Assembly (NCBI GenBank): GCA_015494435.1 | Contig: WGBH01000503.1 | Coordinates: 1-10,311, forward strand | DNA: 10,311 bases | Direction of reading: 5' to 3' | Source of the DNA: Thiotrichaceae bacterium | GTDB taxonomy: Bacteria; Pseudomonadota; Gammaproteobacteria; Thiotrichales; Thiotrichaceae | In this document: positions 1-7,255 of the stretch, in pieces | Numbering within the stretch: position 1 is the stretch's first letter | How the letters are laid out: every line of letters starts with the position of its first letter | Translations under genes and position numbers: made by a program | Notes under the pieces: generated by a model | Databases searched by the model: none | Seen by the model: the letters and a program-made list of their open reading frames with translations, nothing else | Told to the model about the DNA's origin: nothing

Positions 1-34
1 ATATTTTACAATGAAATATCAACGAGAGAGAATC

Positions 35-2563
35 ATGAGATCAAAAAATAAGTATTTTAGCTATCTTTTATCTGTATTAATGGTTAGTTGCTTGTTTGTA
101 TTATCTACAAGCATAAAAAATGTATATGCTACTCCTATTACCATTGATGGCAATTTAAATGACTGGAGTGATTTAGATCGTCTTGATTTACCCCCAGGTG
201 CGGTTAGTGAGGGCTATCAGGTTTATGGGCGCTTTGAAAATGATCAATTTTTATTAGCTTTTCGTGCGGATGCAGGTGATATTAGCACAGGATCAACCAT
301 TTGGTTAAATACAGATCAAGATACAACAACAGGCTATCAAATTTTTGGTGCAGCAAGTGGGATGGAGTTTAATGTCAATATTCATACCGATAATAAGCCT
401 TATCTATATTCTGGAGCAGCGGCGCAAACCTTTGTTATGGGACCATTAACCCATGCGCGAGGCACAGATAGTAACGGTAAAAAAGTATTAGAAATAGCCA
501 TACCCAATAGTCAAATTAATGTCGCAGGTAGTGGTGTTGATTTATTCTTTGATATCAATAATACGACCTTTATTCCTAGTTTTTATACTGCAAATAATCA
601 ATACCATTTGAATAAACAAAGCCTTCCTCTTGCAAATAGCACTGACACAAGGGTTGCGATTATTTATTCTCAAAGCACTGCAAATAATTTTTTCGATAAA
701 AAAGCATATAGTCAACTATTTATGTCAGCACAAATGCAAAGTGTTATGGCGGGAGTCCCCTTTGACTTATTAAATGAAACTGATTTAACCGATTTAAGCA
801 AAATAATTAAATACGATGCCTTGATATTCCCTTATTTTGCCAACGTCCCTGAAAGTATTCTGCCACAAATTACAGAAAACCTTTTTCATGCAATTTATCG
901 TTATAAAATTGGTATTATTACCGCTGGGAATTTTCTAACCAATACAGAAACAGGTTCTAGTGTATCAGGCGATGCTTATGCCACTATGAAAAGCCTTCTC
1001 GGCATTGCCCGTGTTAATGGTGCAGGACCTGTTAATATTACCGTCAATACCAGTACAACTCCACATCCTGTTCTGATTGATTATAATGAGAATGAAGAGA
1101 TATTTAGTTATACCAATGCTTTTATTGATTACTTTGCAGCAGCCTCTGCAACAGAACCCGTTACCACTCTGGCAACCCAAAGTATTTTAGGAGGGACAGT
1201 TGAAAACGCGATCCTCGCCAGTGAAAAAGGCGGCGCTCGTAGTGTACATTTTAGTACAGTACAACTCCTAGGCGATGGCAATATGCTCTACCCTGCTATT
1301 CAGTGGGCAGTTTATAACACCGACAGTACGGTTGGTTTAAAGCTAAGTCGCCAAAATAGCCTCTTTATTTCCCGTAATGATATGGATCAAAGCATGTTCC
1401 CTGATGAAATTGCGACCGTTGAAGTTCCTTTATTGACACTACTAGACACATGGAAATCCAAGTATAACTTTGTTGGTTCTTTCTACATCAATGTTGGTAA
1501 TAATCAAGCCGCAGGTGAATACACGGATTGGACCATTTCAGCACCGTTATACCAACAGTATATTGCTTTAGAGAATGAAATTGGCTCCCATTCTTATACT
1601 CACCCTCATGATACCAATCTTTTAACGCCCTCAGAAATTAGTTTTGAGTTCGCTGATTCCATTGCAGTGATTGAAGCAAATTTAGGACTGAGCAATATAG
1701 GCACGGCTGTCCCTGGCGCACCTGAAAACTTTAATACTGCCACTGAAATTATTCAACATACCAGCTATTTATCAGGAGGTTATTCAGGTGTTGGAGCAGG
1801 ATTCCCCAATGCGATTGGTTACTTAACCCCAGATTCAACAAAAGTTTATTTAAGTCCAAATATGACCTTTGACTTTACTAATATCGGTTTTTTAGGCTTA
1901 ACGGCAGCACAAACAAAAGCGAAATGGTTTAGTGAATTTGATCAATTAAGCTTTAAAGCAGAACAACCCATCATCCATTGGCCTTGGCATGACTATGGTC
2001 CAACCACAAGTCTTACAGAAGGCTATACCATTGATATGTTTGAAAGCTTGATCAGTAAAGCATTTAATGCAGGCAGCGAATTTGTCACAGCTAATGACTT
2101 TAGAAAACGTCTGGAAAGCTTTAAAGCTGCCACTTTAACCCTAACCCGTAATGGCGATGATATTACAGCAGTCGTTGTAGGCAATCATTTAGGACATTCA
2201 GCGCTTAAAGTGGATGATGATAAAGTAATTAAATCAGTGGATAATTGGTATGCTTATAATGATCAATACCTTTATCTTGATCAAGATGCAGGTAGCTATA
2301 CACTTCATTTAGGCAATACTCAGGATGCAGTCACTCATATTAGCTACCTACCCATGCGCACTAATCTCATCAGCATAACAGGTGATGGTCAGAATTTATC
2401 TTTTAGCTTTTCAGGTAAAGGAGCAGTTGAAGTTGAAATGGCATGTGCAAGCACACCCGTTGTCACAGGCGCTGACCAATATCAGATAACAGGTAATACC
2501 CTTAAATTAGAATTTGACAATATTGCAGTACACAATGCAACAATTCAATTAGGTTGTCCTTAA
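35..2563 (+). CDS. Secreted multidomain protein: N-terminal CBM9/DOMON-like carbohydrate-binding module, central alpha/beta domain, putative NodB/CE4-type polysaccharide deacetylase-like domain, C-terminal beta-rich domain. Alternative start at ATG 11 (ORF track).
   Basis: Uninterrupted 850-codon ORF. The ATG at 35 is preceded by GAGAGAG (24-30) as a Shine-Dalgarno-like element. The ATG at 11 has no room for an RBS in the window. N-terminus MRSKNKYF-SYLLSVLMVSCLFVLS-TSIKNVYA|TP is a classic n/h/c signal peptide with an AxA-type cleavage site. ITIDGNLNDWSD resembles the start of CBM9/DOMON-like modules. GSHSYTHPHD matches the H(S/T)xxH metal-binding motif of NodB-homology deacetylases. Function is inferred only from these motifs. 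Confidence 0.85.
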   Translation: MRSKNKYFSYLLSVLMVSCLFVLSTSIKNVYATPITIDGNLNDWSDLDRLDLPPGAVSEGYQVYGRFENDQFLLAFRADAGDISTGSTIWLNTDQDTTTGYQIFGAASGMEFNVNIHTDNKPYLYSGAAAQTFVMGPLTHARGTDSNGKKVLEIAIPNSQINVAGSGVDLFFDINNTTFIPSFYTANNQYHLNKQSLPLANSTDTRVAIIYSQSTANNFFDKKAYSQLFMSAQMQSVMAGVPFDLLNETDLTDLSKIIKYDALIFPYFANVPESILPQITENLFHAIYRYKIGIITAGNFLTNTETGSSVSGDAYATMKSLLGIARVNGAGPVNITVNTSTTPHPVLIDYNENEEIFSYTNAFIDYFAAASATEPVTTLATQSILGGTVENAILASEKGGARSVHFSTVQLLGDGNMLYPAIQWAVYNTDSTVGLKLSRQNSLFISRNDMDQSMFPDEIATVEVPLLTLLDTWKSKYNFVGSFYINVGNNQAAGEYTDWTISAPLYQQYIALENEIGSHSYTHPHDTNLLTPSEISFEFADSIAVIEANLGLSNIGTAVPGAPENFNTATEIIQHTSYLSGGYSGVGAGFPNAIGYLTPDSTKVYLSPNMTFDFTNIGFLGLTAAQTKAKWFSEFDQLSFKAEQPIIHWPWHDYGPTTSLTEGYTIDMFESLISKAFNAGSEFVTANDFRKRLESFKAATLTLTRNGDDITAVVVGNHLGHSALKVDDDKVIKSVDNWYAYNDQYLYLDQDAGSYTLHLGNTQDAVTHISYLPMRTNLISITGDGQNLSFSFSGKGAVEVEMACASTPVVTGADQYQITGNTLKLEFDNIAVHNATIQLGCP

Positions 2564-2587
2564 TATAATTAGTGAAATCACACGCCT

Positions 2588-2608
2588 GACGGAGCTTCTA
2601 GCCCCGTC
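2588..2608 (+). terminator. GC-rich hairpin 25 nt downstream of the ORF1 stop (gacggagct-tct-agccccgtc; 9-bp stem, one A.C mismatch). Possible terminator or RNA stability element. No U-tract immediately after it.
   Basis: Read directly from the sequence: left arm 2588-2596, loop 2597-2599, right arm 2600-2608. A T-run (cattttgc) occurs only about 6 nt further on, so it is weak as an intrinsic terminator. Confidence 0.25.
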
Positions 2609-2982
2609 GCAACATTTTGCTCGCACCCAAATTCCTATTTAGTTAAGTCGTATGTGTCAAGTCCTCATTCCACACGAAGTAAATGTAAAGCACTCACCGC
2701 AACAGGTTGATTTTAGTGAATGCGCTATTGCTTATCCACTCTATAAATCACAATTGGCGAAGATCTATAAAAATAGATAATATAATTGCTTTGATAAAAT
2801 GAATAATTGTGTATAGAGCCACAACCCGCACCAAGCCCAAAAGGATAACCATTAAATAAACAACAACTCGCAGCAAAAATTTGGAAATCTACCAACCAGA
2901 TGCGTTCCAAAAATTGCACATACAATCATTGAGCGAGCAATCAGTTCGACAGCCTAGGTAACAAACCCCGTCGGGCTAAAAT

Positions 2983-3153
2983 ATGAATGATTTTGGACGT
3001 TTTGATGCCTTAAAATCTTGCGTGGACAAGGCAAAAGCCAAAACCTATTTTGAACAACGCGATGGCAAGACAATTTCACCGTTTAAGGTGAATATTGAAG
3101 TGGATAAGTTGTTGCGTGGGTTTATTATAAATGATGGAGAGCTTGATTTATAA
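2983..3153 (+). CDS. Small hypothetical protein, 56 aa (MNDFGRFDALKSCVDKAKAKTYFEQRDGKTISPFKVNIEVDKLLRGFIINDGELDL). Below the ORF-track size cutoff.
   Basis: ATG at 2983 and TAA at 3151-3153, translated by hand. The sequence is charged and non-repetitive, unlike random AT-rich ORFs. The RBS is weak (cgggctaaaat before the ATG). It sits alone in a 1 kb gap. No family recognised. Confidence 0.3.
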   Translation: MNDFGRFDALKSCVDKAKAKTYFEQRDGKTISPFKVNIEVDKLLRGFIINDGELDL

Positions 3154-3468
3154 ACTTTATAAACCCTATCATTGTAGTAAAACTAACCAAAATATATTTC
3201 ATTTTACTTTGCCCCTCCCAATTATTCTGATCTCAATTATCCTGAATATATAACTTTTCCTCGTTTTAATGATCTCAATCGTTGCGTAGCTCGTATCGAG
3301 CTTTGTAGAATACGAGCAAATAATAAACCAACGGTGCTGTTTTCATAAAACTTCACAAAATGTGCAATAGTACCAGAATAGATTTTCTTATCAGGTTATG
3401 TTGGGTAAGTTTTAAGATGGCTAGTACCTGAAATAATTTCCTTAATTATCACGAAGAGGTTTTGTTTC

Positions 3469-3529
3469 TGATTCAATTATCTCAAGAGAAGCATCGTTAT
3501 TCTGTATAATGATTGAGATGATTGAATCA
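3469..3529 (+). promoter_or_regulatory. Imperfect 17-bp inverted repeat (tgattcaattatctcaa ... ttgagatgattgaatca, 1 mismatch) enclosing TG+TATAAT (3503-3510), about 100 nt upstream of the MBL-fold gene. Candidate promoter with overlapping operator, or an RNA hairpin.
   Basis: Arms at 3469-3485 and 3513-3529 read from the sequence, with a 27-nt spacer that contains ctgTATAATga. Its position relative to the start at 3626 fits a sigma70-type promoter for the downstream gene. Confidence 0.3.
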
Positions 3530-3625
3530 GGGGTGATAGGGCAAGTTTAAATTGGGAGGTTCTTTCATGTATGTTCCTTAGCTTAATCAATAAAAATTTC
3601 TAAGTCAGAAGGATGGAGTATAGAG

Positions 3626-4486
3626 ATGAAAGTTACATTATACGGTGTGCGAGGATCAATACCTACCTCCAGTGGGGAGACGATAAAATACGGCGGGCAT
3701 ACTGCCTGTATTTTTGTTGAGGTAGATAATAAATTACTAGTTTTTGATGCAGGTACGGGGATTCGCAAACTGGGTAATGATATTGCGAAGGATGATCGGG
3801 ATATTTATTTGTTTTTTAGTCATTATCACTGGGATCATATTCAGGGTTTTCCTTTTTTTAAGCCTGCTTATCAATGTGGACGGAATATTCATTTATTATC
3901 GGCTTATCTTCCTGAAAAAAATGCTAGAGCAGTTTTAGATCAAATGGTGAATCCTCATTTTCCTGTTCCTGGTGATAAAGTACAGGCAAAAGTACGGGTT
4001 ATGGCAATGGATGCTGAGGGGAATTTAGCGCTTGGTAAGATTAAAATTACTACCTGTGCATTGAATCATCCCGGTGGGGGAGCGGCTTATCGTCTTGAAA
4101 CGGAACAGGGGAGTTTTGCCTATGTAACTGATAATGAGCTTTATCCACCTAATGAACCCAATACCACATGGGAGCAGTGGGTTGATTTTTTGCAAGGGGT
4201 TGATTTGCTTATCCATGATGCAATGTATCTTGATGAAGAACAGAAAAGCACCCACGGCTGGGGGCATTCACTTATCTCTCAAGCCATTCGCTTAGCAAAA
4301 GATGCTAACGTCGCTAATCTTGTTTTATTCCATCATGACCCTGATCGAACGGATGAGCAGTTAGAGGGTATTTTAGAAGATTGTCAAACTTGGGTTGATA
4401 AGAATAATGCTTCTTATAAGCTAAGATTAGCAAAAGAAACCGATGTTTATCATATTTTAAATTCTACAGTAGAACTTAATTCTTAG
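3626..4486 (+). CDS. Metallo-beta-lactamase-fold hydrolase (lactamase_B_2-like; the same fold as PhnP/RNase Z/class II phosphodiesterase/AHL-lactonase enzymes). Substrate not determinable.
   Basis: 286-aa ORF. RBS aGGAtGGAG ends 7 nt before the ATG. Motifs HYHWDH (HxHxDH), NHPGGG, LIHDAMY and FHHDPD give the full set of MBL metal-ligand positions. MKVTLYGVRGSIPT is the N-terminus typical of this family. Confidence 0.85.
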   Translation: MKVTLYGVRGSIPTSSGETIKYGGHTACIFVEVDNKLLVFDAGTGIRKLGNDIAKDDRDIYLFFSHYHWDHIQGFPFFKPAYQCGRNIHLLSAYLPEKNARAVLDQMVNPHFPVPGDKVQAKVRVMAMDAEGNLALGKIKITTCALNHPGGGAAYRLETEQGSFAYVTDNELYPPNEPNTTWEQWVDFLQGVDLLIHDAMYLDEEQKSTHGWGHSLISQAIRLAKDANVANLVLFHHDPDRTDEQLEGILEDCQTWVDKNNASYKLRLAKETDVYHILNSTVELNS

Positions 4487-4536
4487 ATTCTTGATTTTGT
4501 GGTTATTTTCTATTCGTTATAAGTTGTAAGAACTAT

Positions 4537-4553
4537 GGTGCATAGAATGCACC
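4537..4553. terminator. Short hairpin ggtgcat-aga-atgcacc between convergent genes, abutting the flotillin stop codon. Possible bidirectional terminator or mRNA 3-prime stabiliser.
   Basis: A perfect 7-bp inverted repeat with a 3-nt loop, read from the sequence. It lies 50 nt after the MBL stop and directly adjacent to the minus-strand TAG (4554-4556). No strong U-tract on either side. Confidence 0.3.
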
Positions 4554-6497
4554 CTAGTTCGCCAAATTCCCACCAAGAAACTTATTCAATAATTCTTCTA
4601 CCGCAGGGCTTTTCTGTTTAACAGCTTCAATAGATTTACCTAGGGATAAGGAGCGGGCAAAGGAGTTGAAATAATCACCTTCACCGCCGACAATATCAAT
4701 ATTGGCTTTTGCCAGTGCGGTGGATAAGACTTTAGCTTGGTAGGCGGCAATTTCTTTATCGGCATCAATTTGAATAATGGCTTGTTCAAAGGCTTTATCT
4801 AATTTCATACGGAATTCTTCGTGTTCACGCGAGTCTTCGCTCATTTGTTCCATTGCTTTGAATTTTTCCACTAATCCATCGGCTTCTGCCTTGAATTTTT
4901 CGCGGGTGACAATGGCTTGTGATAAGCCGATTTTTTCATTACCTTTGGCTTCGGCATCTAATTTTTCTTGTAGGATATTAGCTTCCATTAGACCTTCTTT
5001 TTCTTTGGCAATGGTTTGAGCTTCCATGCCTGTCGCCTCGGCGGTCATGCGTTCTTGTAACACTTTGGCTTCTGCAATCCCTTCTATTTGTTTTGCAACG
5101 GCTTTTGCTTCGATGACTTTTGCCTCTGCCAGTCCAGAGGCGGCTTTTTCTGCGCGTGTACCTTCAGCAAGTTTTATTTTTGCATCGGCTTCTTTAGAGG
5201 AGGCGTCTAGTTCAGCTTGTGCAATGGTATTAATTTCTTTGGCTTTATGGACGGCTTTGATTTCATCTGCTTGTGCTTGTTTGACCTGTTTAACTAATTC
5301 TTCTTCTGCTTTTGCTTCAGCTTCTAAAATGGTGGCTTGCTTTTGACGTTCTGCTTCACTGATAAGGCGGACATCATTAATTTTTTCTTCTTGTTCGGCA
5401 ACGGTTCGATCAACAGAAACACGTTCACGAATAACATTAGCAATTTCTTTCTTTTCTATCTCCAAGGCTTTTTCTTTTTCAATTTCTTGTATCGCTACTT
5501 CACGCTCTCTAGAGACGGTTTCTAACTCTCGGGCGCGAATGACTTTTTCTTCTTCAATGCTGATTGCGCGTAAACGGTTATTTTGTGCTACTTCGACTTC
5601 ACGTTGTTTATTTTCTTCCAATATTGCTATTTGTTCTTCAGTAATAATCCGTGCTTTTTCTGCACGCAATCGTTCTTCTTCTTGGATTTTATTGATTTCT
5701 GCTTCTTCACGGGCTTGAATTGTTTTAACTTCACGTTCTTGACGTGCTTCTGCATCGGCTTCTTGACGTTCTAAAGCTAGCATAGCCTCCCGCGTTTCGA
5801 CATTCTTTTTGGTAATAGAAAGTTGTTCATTACGTTCTAAAACATTGGTTTGCACATTTTGGGTGGCGGTTAATTCAGTAATTTTTCGAATTCCTTCAGC
5901 ATCAAGGATATTATCGGTATCTAAGGCACTTTTAGGGGTTTGTTCCAAATAATCTATTGCCACATCTTCTAATATATAACCATTTAGGTCATTACCAATC
6001 ACAGCAATAATGCTGTCTCTAAAGCCAATACGGTTTTCAAATAGACTAATAAAGTCCATTTGCTTGCCGACGGTTTTTAAGGCCTCTGAGAATTTTGCAT
6101 TGAATAATTCATGCACTGCATCTTTGTCAGAGGCACGTTCTACACCAATTGATTTTGCAACTTTTAATACGTCTTCACTGGTTTCATTGACACGTAAATA
6201 AAAGGCAACGGTAATATCAGCGCGTATATTATCACGGCAGATTAAGCCCTCTTTATTGCGACGGTCTAGTTCTAAGGTGATTAGTGAGATTTTCATTAAT
6301 TCTTTTTTATTGATCACAGGCCAGACAATGCCACCTGTAAATTTTACATTTGGCACAGAAGACATATCATTAATAATTAAAGCCCAACCTTGAGGAACTT
6401 TAACGTAAAAGCGGCTAAATGATAGGATCAGTCCTGTGACAATCAGTGCGATAACTGCAAGGCTAATTAAAATGATTATAATGAGTGAGCTTCCCAT
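4554..6497 (-). CDS. yqiK: Flotillin-family SPFH/band-7 protein (YqiK/FloT-like), 647 aa: N-terminal transmembrane segment, SPFH domain, very long Glu/Ala/Lys-rich coiled coil, conserved C-terminal tail.
   Basis: N-terminal hydrophobic helix (LIIIILISLAVIALIVTGLIL), then FYVKVPQGWALI...GLICRDNIRADITVAFYLRVN...DVLKVAKSIG...FSEALKTVGKQMDF...IGNDLNGYILEDVAIDYLEQTP, which matches the conserved flotillin SPFH core. About 300 aa of EA/EK heptad-like coiled coil follow. RBS AAGGA sits 9 nt before the ATG (6495-6497). Confidence 0.9.
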   Translation of the reverse strand: MGSSLIIIILISLAVIALIVTGLILSFSRFYVKVPQGWALIINDMSSVPNVKFTGGIVWPVINKKELMKISLITLELDRRNKEGLICRDNIRADITVAFYLRVNETSEDVLKVAKSIGVERASDKDAVHELFNAKFSEALKTVGKQMDFISLFENRIGFRDSIIAVIGNDLNGYILEDVAIDYLEQTPKSALDTDNILDAEGIRKITELTATQNVQTNVLERNEQLSITKKNVETREAMLALERQEADAEARQEREVKTIQAREEAEINKIQEEERLRAEKARIITEEQIAILEENKQREVEVAQNNRLRAISIEEEKVIRARELETVSREREVAIQEIEKEKALEIEKKEIANVIRERVSVDRTVAEQEEKINDVRLISEAERQKQATILEAEAKAEEELVKQVKQAQADEIKAVHKAKEINTIAQAELDASSKEADAKIKLAEGTRAEKAASGLAEAKVIEAKAVAKQIEGIAEAKVLQERMTAEATGMEAQTIAKEKEGLMEANILQEKLDAEAKGNEKIGLSQAIVTREKFKAEADGLVEKFKAMEQMSEDSREHEEFRMKLDKAFEQAIIQIDADKEIAAYQAKVLSTALAKANIDIVGGEGDYFNSFARSLSLGKSIEAVKQKSPAVEELLNKFLGGNLAN

Positions 6498-6571
6498 TGT
6501 TTTTTTCCTTATTTATTAGTTATAAAGTTTAATCTTTTTTAAATTTCTTGTTGAAGTGAAAGCTTCGGCTT

Positions 6572-6600
6572 TTTTTAGTTTGTGAGTCGCACAGGATCAA
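6572..6600 (-). promoter_or_regulatory. Candidate sigma70-like promoter for the flotillin gene inside the 113-nt yqiJ-yqiK spacer (minus strand TTGATC-N17-TAAAAA).
   Basis: On the minus strand TTGATC (plus 6595-6600) and TAAAAA (plus 6572-6577) are separated by exactly 17 nt. Both hexamers are 4/6 to consensus. This would allow flotillin expression independent of the upstream genes. Pattern match only. Confidence 0.2.
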
Positions 6601-6610
6601 TTTTGGCACC

Positions 6611-7243
6611 CTAAATATTATAAGTATTACTTTCACGAAGATATTCTTTGAGTATTACTTTATCACCACGTTTATAGTGATTAGGTTCTTTTGTACGAAT
6701 TTGTAAAATTAAGCCTGCGCCACCATCATTGAGTTCGACAGATCCATAGCTTAGATTCACTTTTTCTGAGCGTATTGTAGCGGTTCTTCCCACAAAATCT
6801 GTGGCGGATGCACCTTTTGCCTCTTTTTTTAATTTTTTCATTAAAGGTTTAAAGGGAGTCAGTAAGCTTATAACAATCGGTAGGGCAAGTGCAGGGGAGA
6901 GCAGTAGTAACCAAAAACCAAGTGCTACCTTTGCCATTTTGTTATCAATATTTTTCATCATGTTATTGATGAAAAATTCAACCATATAAAAGCATAGAAT
7001 CCATGAGATAAAAACAATAAGGGAGATGGATAAGGTGAGTGGAATACCATCGAGTCGGAATTTAGTTAACCACCCTGTTAAACTACTCGCATTATCACCT
7101 GTATCCATTTCTATTTCAGCGTCAAAAGAGTCAACTCCACCTATGCCAAATATGGATATTAACCAGTAAATGACAACCAGTACTAACAGTCCTGTGTAGA
7201 AAAGTGTTGGAAAGGTGAAGGCGTTACTTAGAAAGTCGATCAT
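6611..7243 (-). CDS. yqiJ: YqiJ/NfeD-like inner-membrane protein with C-terminal OB-fold, the usual partner gene upstream of a flotillin.
   Basis: 210 aa, similar to E. coli YqiJ (209 aa). Several predicted transmembrane helices (TLFYTGLLVLVVIYWLISIFGIG, LTLSISLIVFISWILCFYMV, ALGFWLLLLSPALALPIVISLL). C-terminal FVGRTATIRSEKV...GSVELNDGGAGLILQIRTKE...KRGDKVILKEY fits the NfeD OB-fold pattern. Sits immediately upstream of the flotillin gene in the same orientation, as in yqiJK. Confidence 0.8.
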   Translation of the reverse strand: MIDFLSNAFTFPTLFYTGLLVLVVIYWLISIFGIGGVDSFDAEIEMDTGDNASSLTGWLTKFRLDGIPLTLSISLIVFISWILCFYMVEFFINNMMKNIDNKMAKVALGFWLLLLSPALALPIVISLLTPFKPLMKKLKKEAKGASATDFVGRTATIRSEKVNLSYGSVELNDGGAGLILQIRTKEPNHYKRGDKVILKEYLRESNTYNI

Positions 7244-7255
7244 GTTTTTATTTCT

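Noticed and set aside
965-1180. Minus-strand 71-aa ORF inside ORF1
   Set aside because: Cys/Gly-rich nonsense translation, fully embedded antisense in a long well-supported CDS, no RBS.
2725-2925. Minus-strand 66-aa ORF in the long gap
   Set aside because: The translation (YVQFLERIWLVDFQIF...YIIYFYRSS) looks like random AT-rich sequence. No RBS or family resemblance. It lies in the C-rich/G-poor tract, which is more likely a non-coding element.
2938-2960. tcagttcgacagcc resembling a tRNA T-loop (GTTCGA)
   Set aside because: No complementary T-stem, acceptor stem or anticodon arm can be built around it. Isolated hexamer match only.
2596-2976. Direct repeat of ccccgtcg (2602-2609 and 2966-2973) about 365 bp apart, as possible att-like boundaries of a small inserted element
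   Set aside because: Only 8 identical bases with weak flanking similarity (ctag / caaca). No integrase, transposase or terminal inverted repeats in between. The first copy is better explained as the 3-prime arm of the 2588-2608 hairpin.
3583-4267. ORFs 3583-3768(-), 3744-3938(+), 4025-4267(-) overlapping the MBL gene
   Set aside because: Out-of-frame or antisense overlaps with a CDS carrying a complete MBL motif set. Translations are hydrophobic low-complexity strings.
4777-6201. Five plus-strand ORFs (4777-5019, 5026-5346, 5337-5525, 5583-5774, 6010-6201) inside the flotillin gene
   Set aside because: They are antisense to a strongly supported flotillin CDS. Their translations are low-complexity Ser/Ala/Phe/Cys strings, typical of reading a GAA/GCT-rich coiled-coil region on the wrong strand.
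6801-6989. Plus-strand 62-aa ORF inside yqiJ-like gene
   Set aside because: Antisense to a CDS with clear transmembrane/OB-fold organisation. No independent signals.
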